DNA from: a virus
Taxonomy: Duplodnaviria > Caudoviricetes
Reading direction: 5' to 3' (one strand)
IMG/VR virus record: IMGVR_UViG_3300045283_000290
Coordinates: 1 to 60,441 of that record
Length of the DNA: 60,441 bases
The notes beneath the pieces were generated by a model. The model had not been told where the DNA came from, made no database searches, and saw only the letters and a program-made list of their open reading frames with translations. Position 1 is the first letter of the stretch; the number at the start of each line of letters is the position of its first letter. A program made the position numbers and the translations under genes. Positions 28,585 to 38,414 of the stretch are shown here, one piece after another.

Positions 28585-30102
28585 TCAGTTGTGGTTCGCG
28601 GCGCCGGCGGTCACGCCGCGGTCGATCGCGCCGCCGATGTCGCGCGCGATGCCCGGCGCGTCGGTCGCCTGCGTCTGGATGTTGATGGTCCCGATCGACA
28701 CCGTCGTCCCGGCCCCCGGCGGCCGCGGCCCTCCGCCGCGAAGCTCCTCGCGGAACGTAGCATACCGGCCGGCGCTCTGCGTGGCCTGGCTGCCGCCGGG
28801 CAGACTCGGCCAGCGCTGGTTGAGCATCCCGACCGCCGCAGAGAAGTCGCCGCGGTCCAGCGCGGCCGCGGCGTCGGGGTGGAAGCGCCGGATGAACTGC
28901 TCGGTCGCGCGCCGCTGCGCGCCGTAGTCCCCGACCGCGGGGTCCGGGATCCCGGCGCCGATGGCGTCGCGCCGGGTCGCGCTCGTGAACTGGAAGAACC
29001 CGCGCGCGCTCGACTGCGTGCTCGGCGCGCCGGTGTGCGAGGTCTCCAGGAAGGACAGGCCAGAGAGAAAGTTCTCCCAGTGCGCGCTCGCCGACGCGGC
29101 CGCGGCCGGCGCGCGGGCAGCCTGCATCCGGGCGCCGAGGAGTTCGAGGCCGGCCGTCCGCTGCTCGGACGACACCCCCATCGGCGCCATGCCGAGCTTG
29201 CCCCGCAACCAGTTCTCCAGGCCGACCATTCCCGACGCGTCCTCGAGGCGCGACCGAGCCGCCGCCTCCCTCGCACCCGGCGCGTTGGTAATCTGCGCCA
29301 GGATGCTCGTCGCCGCGTTCATCGTGCCGCTGAGGAAACCGGCCGAGGTCGTCACCACGTTGCGCCAGAGGTTCGTCCATGCGTTGTCGACCTGGCCGAC
29401 CGCCGCCTGGTAGCGCTTCGCCGCCTGCGTGCTCTCGTCGGTCGCCGTGCCGGCCTCGCGCGCGTTCTTGATGTACTGCTCCATCGCCAGCCGGCCCATC
29501 AGCGCGAAGTTAATCATCTCCTGGTTCGCGCCCGGGATCATCTGCAGGAACGCCTTCGCCGCGGCAGGGTCCATGCCGGAGATCGCATCCGAAAGCTCGA
29601 GCCACAGCTGGCCGGAGGTCTTCAGGTTCCGGTTCTGGTCGTAGAGGCTGATGCCGAGCCGCGAGAGCACGCCGAGCATCTGAGACTGGCCGGTGAGCTG
29701 AAAGCGGTTCATCTCGCCGGAGAGGCCGGCGAGCGCGGCGCTGGCGCCCTCGGCGGTGCCGCCGGCCTGCTTCATGCCGCCCTGCCACGCCGACACGTCG
29801 CGCACGCTCATGTCCATCGTGTGCGCGAGCCGGCCGGTAGCGGCGTCGAGGTTCGCGACGTTGTCGATGAAGTGCTTGAAGCCGAAGCCGCCGACGATGG
29901 CGGCGAGCCCGCCGAGGAATCCGCGCCGCAGCGTGTCGAGCGTCCCGACGACCTTGTTGACCGCCGTCTCGGTGCCGCGCGCGCTGCGCACGGCCTGCTC
30001 CTCGAAGGTGCGCAGCTGGCGCATCGACTCCTGCGCGCCCCGCGTGAACTTCGACGGGTCGAGGCCAAGCTCGAGGACGAGCGAGTCGATGACGGTCGGC
30101 AC
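28585..30102 (-). CDS. Tape measure protein with C-terminal lysozyme-like domain
   Basis: PTVIDSLVLELGLD N-terminus; SARGFFQF and WPSLPGG motifs. Confidence 0.85.
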   Translation of the reverse strand: MPTVIDSLVLELGLDPSKFTRGAQESMRQLRTFEEQAVRSARGTETAVNKVVGTLDTLRRGFLGGLAAIVGGFGFKHFIDNVANLDAATGRLAHTMDMSVRDVSAWQGGMKQAGGTAEGASAALAGLSGEMNRFQLTGQSQMLGVLSRLGISLYDQNRNLKTSGQLWLELSDAISGMDPAAAKAFLQMIPGANQEMINFALMGRLAMEQYIKNAREAGTATDESTQAAKRYQAAVGQVDNAWTNLWRNVVTTSAGFLSGTMNAATSILAQITNAPGAREAAARSRLEDASGMVGLENWLRGKLGMAPMGVSSEQRTAGLELLGARMQAARAPAAAASASAHWENFLSGLSFLETSHTGAPSTQSSARGFFQFTSATRRDAIGAGIPDPAVGDYGAQRRATEQFIRRFHPDAAAALDRGDFSAAVGMLNQRWPSLPGGSQATQSAGRYATFREELRGGGPRPPGAGTTVSIGTINIQTQATDAPGIARDIGGAIDRGVTAGAANHN

Positions 30103-30104
30103 GG

Positions 30105-30455
30105 CTATGTCCCGAGGTAGCGGTCTGTGAGTTCAAGCGGGAGCGCGGGCAGCGGCACGCGCTGCCCCTTCAGGGCGTGCGTGCAGTCGGGCAGGAACTC
30201 AATCTCGCCGGCGCGGAGGAAGTAGTGGCAGACCGACGAGCATGCCTGCGGCTGATACTCCGGCATGTCCGGCGTGTTCACCTTGACGTGGACGCTCGGC
30301 GCGAAGGTCGGCGCCTCGATGTTGCCGTCCCACGTCCATTTGGCGCCCGACGAGTTCGGCGCGTCGATCGCGATCTGGTGCATGCCTCGGCAGCCCGGGC
30401 ACCAGTGGGCGAGCCCGCCGACAATACTGCGCAGCTTCGTTCCGACCTGGCCCAT
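30105..30455 (-). CDS. DUF6527-like Cys/His protein
   Basis: WCPGC..MH...WTWDGN.EAPTFAPS...CHYFLRAGEIEFLPDCTH. Confidence 0.7.
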   Translation of the reverse strand: MGQVGTKLRSIVGGLAHWCPGCRGMHQIAIDAPNSSGAKWTWDGNIEAPTFAPSVHVKVNTPDMPEYQPQACSSVCHYFLRAGEIEFLPDCTHALKGQRVPLPALPLELTDRYLGT

Positions 30456-30883
30456 CAGCCGCCCCCGGGGTACTTCGGCACGACGACGTCGCGCGAGAGG
30501 AAGAGGCCGATCGCGCTGCGCGGGTTATCCTCCGCGCGCGGGTACATCCGGTTCGCCTGCGTCATGCGCTGAATCTGAAAATCGACCGGCAGGCCGGTGC
30601 GGTTCTTGAGCCACTCCGATGTCGCCGCGCATATCAGCGACCAGAAGCCGTCGAGCGCGGGGTTGCCCTCGCCGCCCTTCAGCGTGGGGAAAAGGCGGTC
30701 GAAGTCCTTGTCCGCGAGGATCACGCGGATGTCGACGTCGCGCCAGTCCCGCTTCTTCAGGCACGAGCCGCAGAGGAAGACGCTGCCGTGCTCGAACGCA
30801 TCCTGCAGCGCGGCGCAGGCCAGCGTGAGGTTGTGGTACTCGGCACCGCCGAGCCAGTTCGCCCGCCTCACTCCCCCGAGCAT
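30455..30883 (-). CDS. Minimal nucleotidyltransferase-like protein
   Basis: VFLCGS...RDVDIRVI...PVDFQI, the pol-beta GS/DxD/D pattern. Confidence 0.65.
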   Translation of the reverse strand: MLGGVRRANWLGGAEYHNLTLACAALQDAFEHGSVFLCGSCLKKRDWRDVDIRVILADKDFDRLFPTLKGGEGNPALDGFWSLICAATSEWLKNRTGLPVDFQIQRMTQANRMYPRAEDNPRSAIGLFLSRDVVVPKYPGGG

Positions 30884-30905
30884 CTCTCATCGCCCATGGC
30901 CGTCC

Positions 30906-31169
30906 TCAGTAGTCGAAGTCGACGCTCCCGCGCTCGCGCCGGAGCCGCTTCGCCGTGATTCGCGCATTGTGCTGGTTGACCTCGTGGACCTCAAGCAGGT
31001 CGTAGAGGTCCTCGAGCCCGTAGACCGTCTGAAGCTCGCGCAGCGTCGCCAGCCGCTCCGAGACGACGATTGCTATGCCGGGGGGGATGTTTCGGTACTC
31101 GGCGAAACCCCCTCCGGCGTCATGATGAGACTGACCAAGTGAGAGAGGGCGTCGCCGGGAGAAAAACCC
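30906..31169 (-). CDS. Tail assembly chaperone C-terminal (frameshift) part
   Basis: LATLRELQTVYGLEDLYDLLE, reachable by a -1 shift at GGGTTTT (31163-31169). Confidence 0.7.
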   Translation of the reverse strand, partial: GFFSRRRPLSLGQSHHDAGGGFAEYRNIPPGIAIVVSERLATLRELQTVYGLEDLYDLLEVHEVNQHNARITAKRLRRERGSVDFDY

Positions 31170-31591
31170 GTGTGAAGTCTTATTACCTCCGATCTCAGCC
31201 ACAAGCGAGTGGCGACCTCCTCGATGTCGTCGTCGCTCACGATCGGCGTCGCCACCGGCTCCCCGGTCTCCTTGTCGCGCGCGCTCGGGTCGCGGATTAT
31301 TTTCACGCACTCGAGCAGCTCGTTAAGGATCGGAACGATCTCCTCGGCCCGCATCTGACCGCGCAGGAACGTCTGAATCCCGAAGATGGCGATCGCCCTC
31401 ATCCCCATGCCGAGCGCGCGGTCGAGGTTGATGTCGACGCCGCCGCGGTTGTAGGCGAGGATCGCGCGGATGGCCCACTCCTCGGCACGCGCGGCCGGCC
31501 ACTCGGTCAGGAGGAAGTGTTTGCTCGTCGGCTCGCGGTCGCGGCCGTACTTCGGGTCGCTCGGGACCACGACGACTTCGGTCTTGCGCAT
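31073..31591 (-). CDS. Tail assembly chaperone
   Basis: GRD...FLLTEWPA.RAEEWA...DIEEVATRLWLR.EV..LHTGF. Confidence 0.8.
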   Translation of the reverse strand: MRKTEVVVVPSDPKYGRDREPTSKHFLLTEWPAARAEEWAIRAILAYNRGGVDINLDRALGMGMRAIAIFGIQTFLRGQMRAEEIVPILNELLECVKIIRDPSARDKETGEPVATPIVSDDDIEEVATRLWLRSEVIRLHTGFSPGDALSHLVSLIMTPEGVSPSTETSPPA

Positions 31592-31592
31592 C

Positions 31593-31832
31593 TCACTCCC
31601 CGCTCGGCTTGAGGCGCGGGTAGCTCGCCGGGCCGGCCGCGGGGTCGGTCGGCTGCGGCTTCTCCTCGCGCGCGACGCCGAAGTCGGCCGGCACCAGGAA
31701 CTCGACGCGGGTGATGATGAGGCCGGTGACGTCGTCGAACTCGACCGCCTTCACGTACGGGCAGAGCCGGTGTTCGCCGCCGCACCAGCGGCAGGGTTTT
31801 TCTGCGGGGGCCTCGCTCATCCCCGCGACCAT
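31593..31832 (-). CDS. Small CxxC-H-C protein
   Basis: PCRWCGGEHRLCPYVKAVEF. Confidence 0.55.
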   Translation of the reverse strand: MVAGMSEAPAEKPCRWCGGEHRLCPYVKAVEFDDVTGLIITRVEFLVPADFGVAREEKPQPTDPAAGPASYPRLKPSGE

Positions 31833-31853
31833 GACAGGCGCGGGGACGATTGT

Positions 31854-32279
31854 CTACGCCGGCGCCGGCAGGGCGAGATTCCAGGTGATGTGATACGGCC
31901 GCGGCTGCACCAGCTTCTTCGCGCTCGGGAGCTTGTAGCCGGTGAGGTAGCCGTTCGAGAGGACGATCTTCAGCCCGATCGACGGGAGCCGGATGACGCC
32001 GTTGGCGAGGTACGCCTGGCCGGTGGCGACCTGCTGCGCGTTCCATGTGTCGAAGACCGCGTTCGAGGCCGAGTCCGCCTGCAGGATGACCCGCTGCGGC
32101 TGCGGCTTCCAAACAAAGCCGCCGGAGAGGATGCCGTCGACGCCCATCATGGTCTCGACGCTCTCGATCTGGTCGAGGTCGAATACGTCGTCGGCCGCGA
32201 AGCCCTGGATGTTCTGCGGGATCGGAAAGACCGACGCGATCTGAAGCGAGAGCGTGGCGTTCGCTGCGCTGATGTCCAT
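31854..32279 (-). CDS. Tail tube protein
   Basis: QGFAADD...MGVDG.LSGG; follows the sheath gene. Confidence 0.85.
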   Translation of the reverse strand: MDISAANATLSLQIASVFPIPQNIQGFAADDVFDLDQIESVETMMGVDGILSGGFVWKPQPQRVILQADSASNAVFDTWNAQQVATGQAYLANGVIRLPSIGLKIVLSNGYLTGYKLPSAKKLVQPRPYHITWNLALPAPA

Positions 32280-32289
32280 GGCGTTCCCC

Positions 32290-34302
32290 TTATTGCAGCG
32301 AGACCGAGCCGAGGTTGAAGGACTGCACCGACCCCTGGTCCAGATACCAGAACGTCATCGGCGGCGAGGTGCGCTGCGCTCGCACCGACGGCGCGGCCGG
32401 CAGTATTTGTAGATAGTAGCCCTGCGAGGCGATCGACGGCGCGACGTTCGCCCCGGCGGCGTTGTTGACCGCCGCGATCTCCGATGCCGAGAGCACGCCG
32501 GGCCCGAACGCGCCGAAGTTCTTGAACTGCTGAATCGTCGGCGCCAGCGCGGCCTCGATCTGGCTGTTGCCGATCGTCGAGTACGGAATCGACTTCGCGA
32601 GCGCGGCCAGGGTGAGCAGCGCGTTCTGGAAGCTGTAGTTCATCACCACCTGGTTGACGTAGCTGTCCAACCAGATGAACGGGCCGGTCACCGTGCCGCG
32701 CTGCATCCACACGAAGCTCGTCGTCGCCGAGCCGTAGGCGCCGTAGAAATTGTAGCCGTTGCCGAAGCTGTTCGCCTGCTGCGGGTTGCCGGCGAGGTTC
32801 GCCGCGATCGTCGGGTCCGACACCGAGGCGACGAGCCCGCCCTGAGACTTGAACGCCAGCGTCGCGCGGCCGCCGATCTGCGTGAAGTCGATCGACGCGA
32901 CGGCGCCGCAGACGAAGGCCGCGTGGTTGAGGTCGGTGGCCTCCCACATGATGCACGTGCCGCTGTCGCCGTTGCCGGCGAGGACCTGCCCGAGGCTCGA
33001 GGAGGCCGGCAGCGTGGTGGTCGGCGTCGGGTCGCTGTCGAAGGGGACGTAGAGGAAGCGGTTGTTCTGCGTCTGCTTCCACGCCGCGAACGCCTGCTTC
33101 TGCGCGCTGCCGCCCGCCGCGCCGCCGTCGGGGTCGAAGCCCGTCATGAACGACACCCAGTTGGAGTTCTGGGTGACCAGGTTGTTCATGAAGGTCGCGA
33201 TGTTCGCCGAGGCCGCGCCCTGCGAGAGCACCGCGCCGGTCGCCGAGGTCAGGAGGAGGAGCGGCGCGGCCGCCCCGGTCGCGAAGGCGATGGTCGAGGC
33301 CGGGCCGACGATGCCGGAGGTGATGATGAACGCCGTCGAGACGGAGTCGTAGGTCACCGCGACCGCGGTCCCCGACGAGTTGAGCGCCGCGCTCGCGACG
33401 GTCTGCGTCAGGTTGACGTAGTAGGTGCCCGCGCCGCCAGTGCCGGTGCCGAGCGCGATGATGATCGTCCCGGCGCTCGTCGTGCCGCCGGTGATGGTCT
33501 GGCCCACCGCGTAGGCCGAGCCGCCCACGGCGCCGCCGATCGTCAGCAGGCCGCAGGTCTGGGTGATCGCGGTCGAGGCGACGGTCTGAGAGACGCTGAC
33601 GGCGTAGACGCCGATGCCGCCGGTCGTGCCGGAAATCTGGCCGGTCACCACGGTGCTCGCCGCGACGCCGGTGCCGGTCACGAGGCTCCCGAGGAGGACC
33701 GCCGCCGGGCCGCCCGCAGGCGCCGTCGTCACGGTCATCAGGTTGCCGTTGATCGAGGCGGTGTAGGTCGTCGTCTGCGCGGCGATCGTCGAGGCCGTGC
33801 TGGTGCCCTGCGCCGGCAGCGCCGCGTTTAGCGCGGTCTGGATCAGGCCCGCGGCGTTCGAGAGGCTGGTCGCGCCGGTGAGGTTGCACGCGCCGGTGCG
33901 CGCGTAGCCGTCGACCACGACGTTGAGGGTGGCGTTGATCGCCTGGACCTGAGTGAGCGTCAGGCCCGGGCCGCCGCGCATGTAGGCCGCGACGGCGTTC
34001 TGGTTGAACTGTGCGAAGAGGATGGCGCCCGGCTTTTTGTTTGAACCGTCGAAGCCGCCGAAGTAGCCGGTGCCCTTGCCGAGTCCGCCCTGCGCGATCG
34101 TATTCTCGTTCGACGACGGGCCGAAGAAGTTGGAGACCGCGACGCCGTTCGGGAACGAGGCCACCGTCGGGAGGTTCGAGCCGTTGATCGGCACCCGGGT
34201 GCTCGGCGTCAGGATGAGGCCGCTCGCCGAGAGGGCGGCGCCGCCGGCCGCGATGACGCTCGGATTGACGGTAGCGAGCGAGCTTACCGGGATCGTTGAC
34301 AT
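32290..34302 (-). CDS. Tail sheath protein (DUF3383)
   Basis: V.PSVI.AGG, NWVSFM, ASIDF...TLAFKSQ.GL and WLDSYVNQ motifs. Confidence 0.9.
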   Translation of the reverse strand: MSTIPVSSLATVNPSVIAAGGAALSASGLILTPSTRVPINGSNLPTVASFPNGVAVSNFFGPSSNENTIAQGGLGKGTGYFGGFDGSNKKPGAILFAQFNQNAVAAYMRGGPGLTLTQVQAINATLNVVVDGYARTGACNLTGATSLSNAAGLIQTALNAALPAQGTSTASTIAAQTTTYTASINGNLMTVTTAPAGGPAAVLLGSLVTGTGVAASTVVTGQISGTTGGIGVYAVSVSQTVASTAITQTCGLLTIGGAVGGSAYAVGQTITGGTTSAGTIIIALGTGTGGAGTYYVNLTQTVASAALNSSGTAVAVTYDSVSTAFIITSGIVGPASTIAFATGAAAPLLLLTSATGAVLSQGAASANIATFMNNLVTQNSNWVSFMTGFDPDGGAAGGSAQKQAFAAWKQTQNNRFLYVPFDSDPTPTTTLPASSSLGQVLAGNGDSGTCIMWEATDLNHAAFVCGAVASIDFTQIGGRATLAFKSQGGLVASVSDPTIAANLAGNPQQANSFGNGYNFYGAYGSATTSFVWMQRGTVTGPFIWLDSYVNQVVMNYSFQNALLTLAALAKSIPYSTIGNSQIEAALAPTIQQFKNFGAFGPGVLSASEIAAVNNAAGANVAPSIASQGYYLQILPAAPSVRAQRTSPPMTFWYLDQGSVQSFNLGSVSLQ

Positions 34303-34372
34303 CGCGTGGTCCCCTCAAAGGCCGAGTCGGCGCGGCTCTCTGCTGTTAACACGACCTCGCCGCCCGCACAAT

Positions 34373-35164
34373 TCAATGCGGCGGGTAGGCGGCGTCGACG
34401 CTGACGAGGACGACCGAGAGCGAGTCCGTGAACTGCTGCGGCACCGCGACGACCTGGTTCGCCTGGAGGTGGACGTCGAGCACCCACCGCCACTCGTACT
34501 GCTGGCTCTCGTTGATGAAGGGCATGTAGCGCGGGTCGTCGGCGTAGAGAGGCGCGACCGCGTTGAGCGGCGGCGCCAGGCCGGCGAAGAAGTTGACGCC
34601 GAACTCGTCGCGCAGCGTGGTCGCCACGGTCTGCGCCATGTCCGACGCGGCCGCGGGGTCCGGCGTGCCGTCCGCCGGCGGCGCGGAGTGGAAGTCGAGC
34701 TGAACGACGACCTCGGCCTCCTGGAGGAGCGACTCCTGGCCCGCCGAGAGCGTGCGCGAGCCGAGGGTCTGAGAGACGGAGACCTGATACATCCCGACGC
34801 CGCCGGGCGCGCCGGTGAGCTGCGCCTGCACCACGGTGCTCGCGGCCACGCCGACGCCGAAGATAGTCGCGCCGACGTTCACGGTCCCGCCGACGCCCGG
34901 GTCGACCGCGGTCACCGTCATGACGTTCGCGGCGATCGAGGCGGTGAACTTGCTGTCCGCCGAGGTGTCCTGGTTCGTCGCGAGGCGCGCGAAGCGCAGC
35001 GGCGACATGACCACGAAGCTGACGCCGTCCGGTTCCGGCACGCGGTTCTCGACCGCCGCCACCACCGAGACCGGCTTGCCGTCGCCCCCGAGCGGCGGCA
35101 GCACGGCCGCGAGGAACGCGGCGAGCGCGGCCTGGATGTTGGACTGCGTCGGGGAGACGTTCAT
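34373..35164 (-). CDS. Neck/tail terminator protein
   Basis: ENRVPEP...RLATN...QLDFH...PLYADD..YMPFIN..QQYE.RW. Confidence 0.8.
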   Translation of the reverse strand: MNVSPTQSNIQAALAAFLAAVLPPLGGDGKPVSVVAAVENRVPEPDGVSFVVMSPLRFARLATNQDTSADSKFTASIAANVMTVTAVDPGVGGTVNVGATIFGVGVAASTVVQAQLTGAPGGVGMYQVSVSQTLGSRTLSAGQESLLQEAEVVVQLDFHSAPPADGTPDPAAASDMAQTVATTLRDEFGVNFFAGLAPPLNAVAPLYADDPRYMPFINESQQYEWRWVLDVHLQANQVVAVPQQFTDSLSVVLVSVDAAYPPH

Positions 35165-35170
35165 CGCCGA

Positions 35171-35548
35171 CTATTTGTAGAACGTCACGTTGAGCTTCGC
35201 GCCCGCGGTTTGCGAGATAACCCGGAGCGCCGGGAGCGTGCCGACGTAGAGCAGCGCGGATCCCACCGCGAGCGGCATGCCGACCGTGGCCGAGGGCGCC
35301 GTCCCGTCGTCGCGCCAGCGCACCGCCTGCGCCTCGGGCTGGACGTAGGCCATCGTCGCGCCCGCCGGGATCCCGCCGCTGCACGACGAGATGAGCGTCG
35401 AGGAATCGATCGAGGTGAGCTGGCAGTAGCCGAGCGGCGTCATCGGCAGCCCGGGTACCGTCACCTGCGCGCGCGCGACGGTGTGGAGCGCGGCGAGCGC
35501 CAGGAAGAAGGCGAGCGCGAGCAGGAGCCGAGCGATCTTCGCGGTCAT
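35171..35548 (-). CDS. Exported small beta protein in the neck region
   Basis: MTAKIARLLLALAFFLALAALHTVARAQ signal; Cys pair. Confidence 0.65.
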   Translation of the reverse strand: MTAKIARLLLALAFFLALAALHTVARAQVTVPGLPMTPLGYCQLTSIDSSTLISSCSGGIPAGATMAYVQPEAQAVRWRDDGTAPSATVGMPLAVGSALLYVGTLPALRVISQTAGAKLNVTFYK

Positions 35549-35725
35549 CTTGATTGTCCTCTTCTTTCCTCTTCTTTCAAGTTGCGCCCGCCATCCCGCA
35601 CTTTCAGCGCGCACCACCGGCAGGATGATGATGACCGCCGCCCTCGCCGGGTCGCGCTGCACCGCGCAGGCATCGGGGTCGCGTTGGTCGGGGTCGGGGA
35701 AACGGAAGACTTCTGCCGCCATCTT

Positions 35726-36322
35726 TCATCCTCCATTTTGCAGCGTGATCGCCGCGCAGCACCAGTCCGGGAACTGCTCGAGGATCATCGCGACCAGCCA
35801 CGTGCCGGCGTGCGGCCCGCTCGGGATGATCACCAGGTCGCCGCCCTTCTTCTCCGATCGCACCAGCGCGTCGACCTCGCCGTGCAGATAGACCTTGTAG
35901 CGCACGCCGCCGAGGTTGAGCCCCTCCATCTGCTGCGTGTCGCGCCAGCCCACCGGCTGCACGCTGCCGAACAGCACGTAGAAGGTCGTCATCGCCTCGG
36001 ACCCGACGTTCTGGTTGATGCTGACCCCGTAGGTTCCGGCCCCGCCAGGCGTGCCGCCGAGCTGCTGTGTGATGACGGTCTGGCCGGCGACGCCAGCCCC
36101 GGCGATCGACTGGCCGGGCTGCAGGACCGTCCCCGGCGCGACGGCGGAGACGGTGAGGACGTTACCGGCGATCGAGGCGGTGATCGAGCCCGGCGAGGCG
36201 TAGCCCGGCGTCCTGGTGCCGTCCGGCGCCGCCTGGCCTGGCCCCGTGCTGATGCGCACGGTGACCAGCATCTGCGGGAGCACCGAACCGACGAGGGGGC
36301 CCGCGAGGCCGGCGAGGTCCAT
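35726..36322 (-). CDS. Head-closure/collar protein
   Basis: DGTRTPGY...VQP...GGDLV...WLV..ILEQFPDWC. Confidence 0.75.
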   Translation of the reverse strand: MDLAGLAGPLVGSVLPQMLVTVRISTGPGQAAPDGTRTPGYASPGSITASIAGNVLTVSAVAPGTVLQPGQSIAGAGVAGQTVITQQLGGTPGGAGTYGVSINQNVGSEAMTTFYVLFGSVQPVGWRDTQQMEGLNLGGVRYKVYLHGEVDALVRSEKKGGDLVIIPSGPHAGTWLVAMILEQFPDWCCAAITLQNGG

Positions 36323-36364
36323 CGGTGCTCCGAAGCGCTCCGGGCTTCCCCCCGGGGGCGCCGC

Positions 36365-37204
36365 TTAGTTCATCGCGTTCACTTCGAGGAAGCTGAAGAC
36401 GATGTCCGACGCGGCGGTCGTCGCGTTGCCGGTGACGGCGATCAGGATGGCCGCGTTCTCGACCGCGGTGATGAGCGAGGGCGCCAGCAGCGCCGCGACG
36501 GCCGCGCCGACCTGCGCCTGCTGGTGCAGGCCGATCTGCGTGTTCGAGTTCGCCGCACCGTACTTGAAGACGTTCGCCGCGAGCGACCAGCCGCCGCCGT
36601 TCGTCGCTACGGTCCCGGTGTCTGCGATCGTGGTGCCGCCGGCGCCGACGGTCGAGCCCACCACCGCCGTGGCGGGATTGAAGATGATCTTGACGCGCTT
36701 GTTGTTGCCGGTCGCGCCGAAGGAGCCCTGCGCGCTGATGCACAGGCCGCGGTTCGTGTTGGCGACGCCGTCGAAGGAGTTCGCCGGAAGCGAGAAGAAG
36801 GCGAGGACGTTGTCGGCGCCGGTCGCGCCGGGCTGCACGCCGGCCGAGGAAATCTGCCGGTTGATGTTGCCCTCGGCAGCCATCAGGCCGGCGCCGGTGC
36901 CGAACTGCGTCGCCTCCGTCGCGGGAACGGTCCCGCCGCTCGAGTAGTCCGCGCCGACGAATGCCCACTTCGCCGCGCCGGCCGTGGCGTCGTAGCAGCT
37001 CCACACCCGCTTGGCGCCGGCGGCGTTGTTGAACCAGAGGGAGCCGACCGAGTAGCCCTGCGTGCTGTCGTTGCCGACGCCGGGGTCCGCCGAGGCCGCC
37101 AGGTTGCTGAAGGCGACGATGCTCGGAAGGACGCCGCCGACCTTGCCGGGGACCGCGACCGGAATGTCGGCGCCGGTGACGGTGTCGAGAAGGCGAGCAA
37201 GCAT
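36365..37204 (-). CDS. Putative virion structural protein
   Basis: DPGVGNDSTQGYSVGSLWFN motif; located in the head-neck region. Confidence 0.65.
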   Translation of the reverse strand: MLARLLDTVTGADIPVAVPGKVGGVLPSIVAFSNLAASADPGVGNDSTQGYSVGSLWFNNAAGAKRVWSCYDATAGAAKWAFVGADYSSGGTVPATEATQFGTGAGLMAAEGNINRQISSAGVQPGATGADNVLAFFSLPANSFDGVANTNRGLCISAQGSFGATGNNKRVKIIFNPATAVVGSTVGAGGTTIADTGTVATNGGGWSLAANVFKYGAANSNTQIGLHQQAQVGAAVAALLAPSLITAVENAAILIAVTGNATTAASDIVFSFLEVNAMN

Positions 37205-37219
37205 GGGTCTCCCCCTTTG

Positions 37220-37690
37220 TTAGATCGCCCGGACCTCGTGGTCGATCGAGTTGAGCATGTGGCCGGTCTCGACGAGCGGCTTCGCGTGACCCTTCCGCCG
37301 AATCGTGCTGGGCGCCAGCGGCGGCTCGTTGGTATCTATCACGCTTTGGCGAAGCTGTCCTGCGATCGCGGCGCCGGCGATGTCAAGCGCGCGCCTGGCG
37401 ATGTCGTCGATGGCCCCGCCGGAGCGGGTCACGTTCGCGATGATGCCGGCGATCGCCGCCGGCCACTCGCCCTTCTTCGCCGCGATCATGTTGCGGAAGA
37501 ACGGGCGAGGCGGGATCCCGGCGCGGGGTGCGCCGAAGTCCTGGATGGCCGCGATCATCGCGACCGGCTTTCCGTCGGGGTAGCGGGCGCGCTCCAGGAA
37601 GCCGACGCGGAGCACCGCGCCGGCCTGGAGGCCCTGCGCCAGGCGGCGCATCTCGGCCTCGAACTTCTTCCCCCCGGAGAGCGTCGCCAT
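37220..37690 (-). CDS. Tail completion protein (HK97 gp10-like)
   Basis: VGFLE..YPDG..VA...FG....IPPRPFFR...KPLVETGHMLNSI. Confidence 0.82.
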   Translation of the reverse strand: MATLSGGKKFEAEMRRLAQGLQAGAVLRVGFLERARYPDGKPVAMIAAIQDFGAPRAGIPPRPFFRNMIAAKKGEWPAAIAGIIANVTRSGGAIDDIARRALDIAGAAIAGQLRQSVIDTNEPPLAPSTIRRKGHAKPLVETGHMLNSIDHEVRAI

Positions 37691-37691
37691 C

Positions 37692-37874
37692 TCAGGTCCG
37701 CCGCTCCTTGTTGTGGGCGACCCAGTCGTGGAAGTGGCCGCGCCAGCCCTCGGGCAGCTGGCCCATCGCCATCATCTGTTCGGCGCGGGCGTGGCCCATG
37801 TCCTCGAACCTGTCGAGGACGTGCTGCGGCATGCCGGCCTCGACGAGCGGGTGCTTCTTTTCCTCGGCCATCAC
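37692..37874 (-). CDS. Small hypothetical protein
   Basis: Coupled ORF. Confidence 0.5.
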   Translation of the reverse strand: MMAEEKKHPLVEAGMPQHVLDRFEDMGHARAEQMMAMGQLPEGWRGHFHDWVAHNKERRT

Positions 37875-38392
37875 CCGCCCTCGGTGCCGCCGGTCCCGCC
37901 GGACGGCGGTTGCTGCTCGGTTCTGCCGGCGTCGGCCTCGGTGCTCCCGCCTGCCGCCTGCGGAACGAACCCAGTGTTGCCGCCGCCGGAGAAGTGCGCC
38001 GCGTCCTCGAGGTGGCGCTCGATGTGCGTGATGCGCTCGTGGAGCGGGGGCCGGTCGCCGGGGTCCGCCGCGCCGGTCGCGTCCTCCAGCTTGCGAATGC
38101 GCTCCTCGTGGGTCTTGAGCCAGTCGGCCTTATCCGCAAACTCGGCGACGGAGGCTTCGACCGCCGCCATGCGTTCCTCGGTCGGGCCGTTCGCCGGCTG
38201 GTGCTCGATCGCAGCGACGCGGTCGGAAAGCTCGCGCTGGCGCTCGCGGCCGCCGCGGATGGTATCTGCGGCCTCGATGAGTTGCTCGATCAGGTCGGGG
38301 TGCTGCCCGAGCTTCTCGAGCATCGGGAGGACGCCGTACAGCCTGCGGAGGGTGCCCTCGTGATCGTGGGCTGCGCCTGCTTCACCTGCCAT
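37871..38392 (-). CDS. Hypothetical coiled-coil protein
   Basis: AAGGAG RBS before MAGEAG. Confidence 0.55.
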   Translation of the reverse strand: MAGEAGAAHDHEGTLRRLYGVLPMLEKLGQHPDLIEQLIEAADTIRGGRERQRELSDRVAAIEHQPANGPTEERMAAVEASVAEFADKADWLKTHEERIRKLEDATGAADPGDRPPLHERITHIERHLEDAAHFSGGGNTGFVPQAAGGSTEADAGRTEQQPPSGGTGGTEGG

Positions 38393-38414
38393 GTCTCGCT
38401 CCTTTGTTTGTTTG

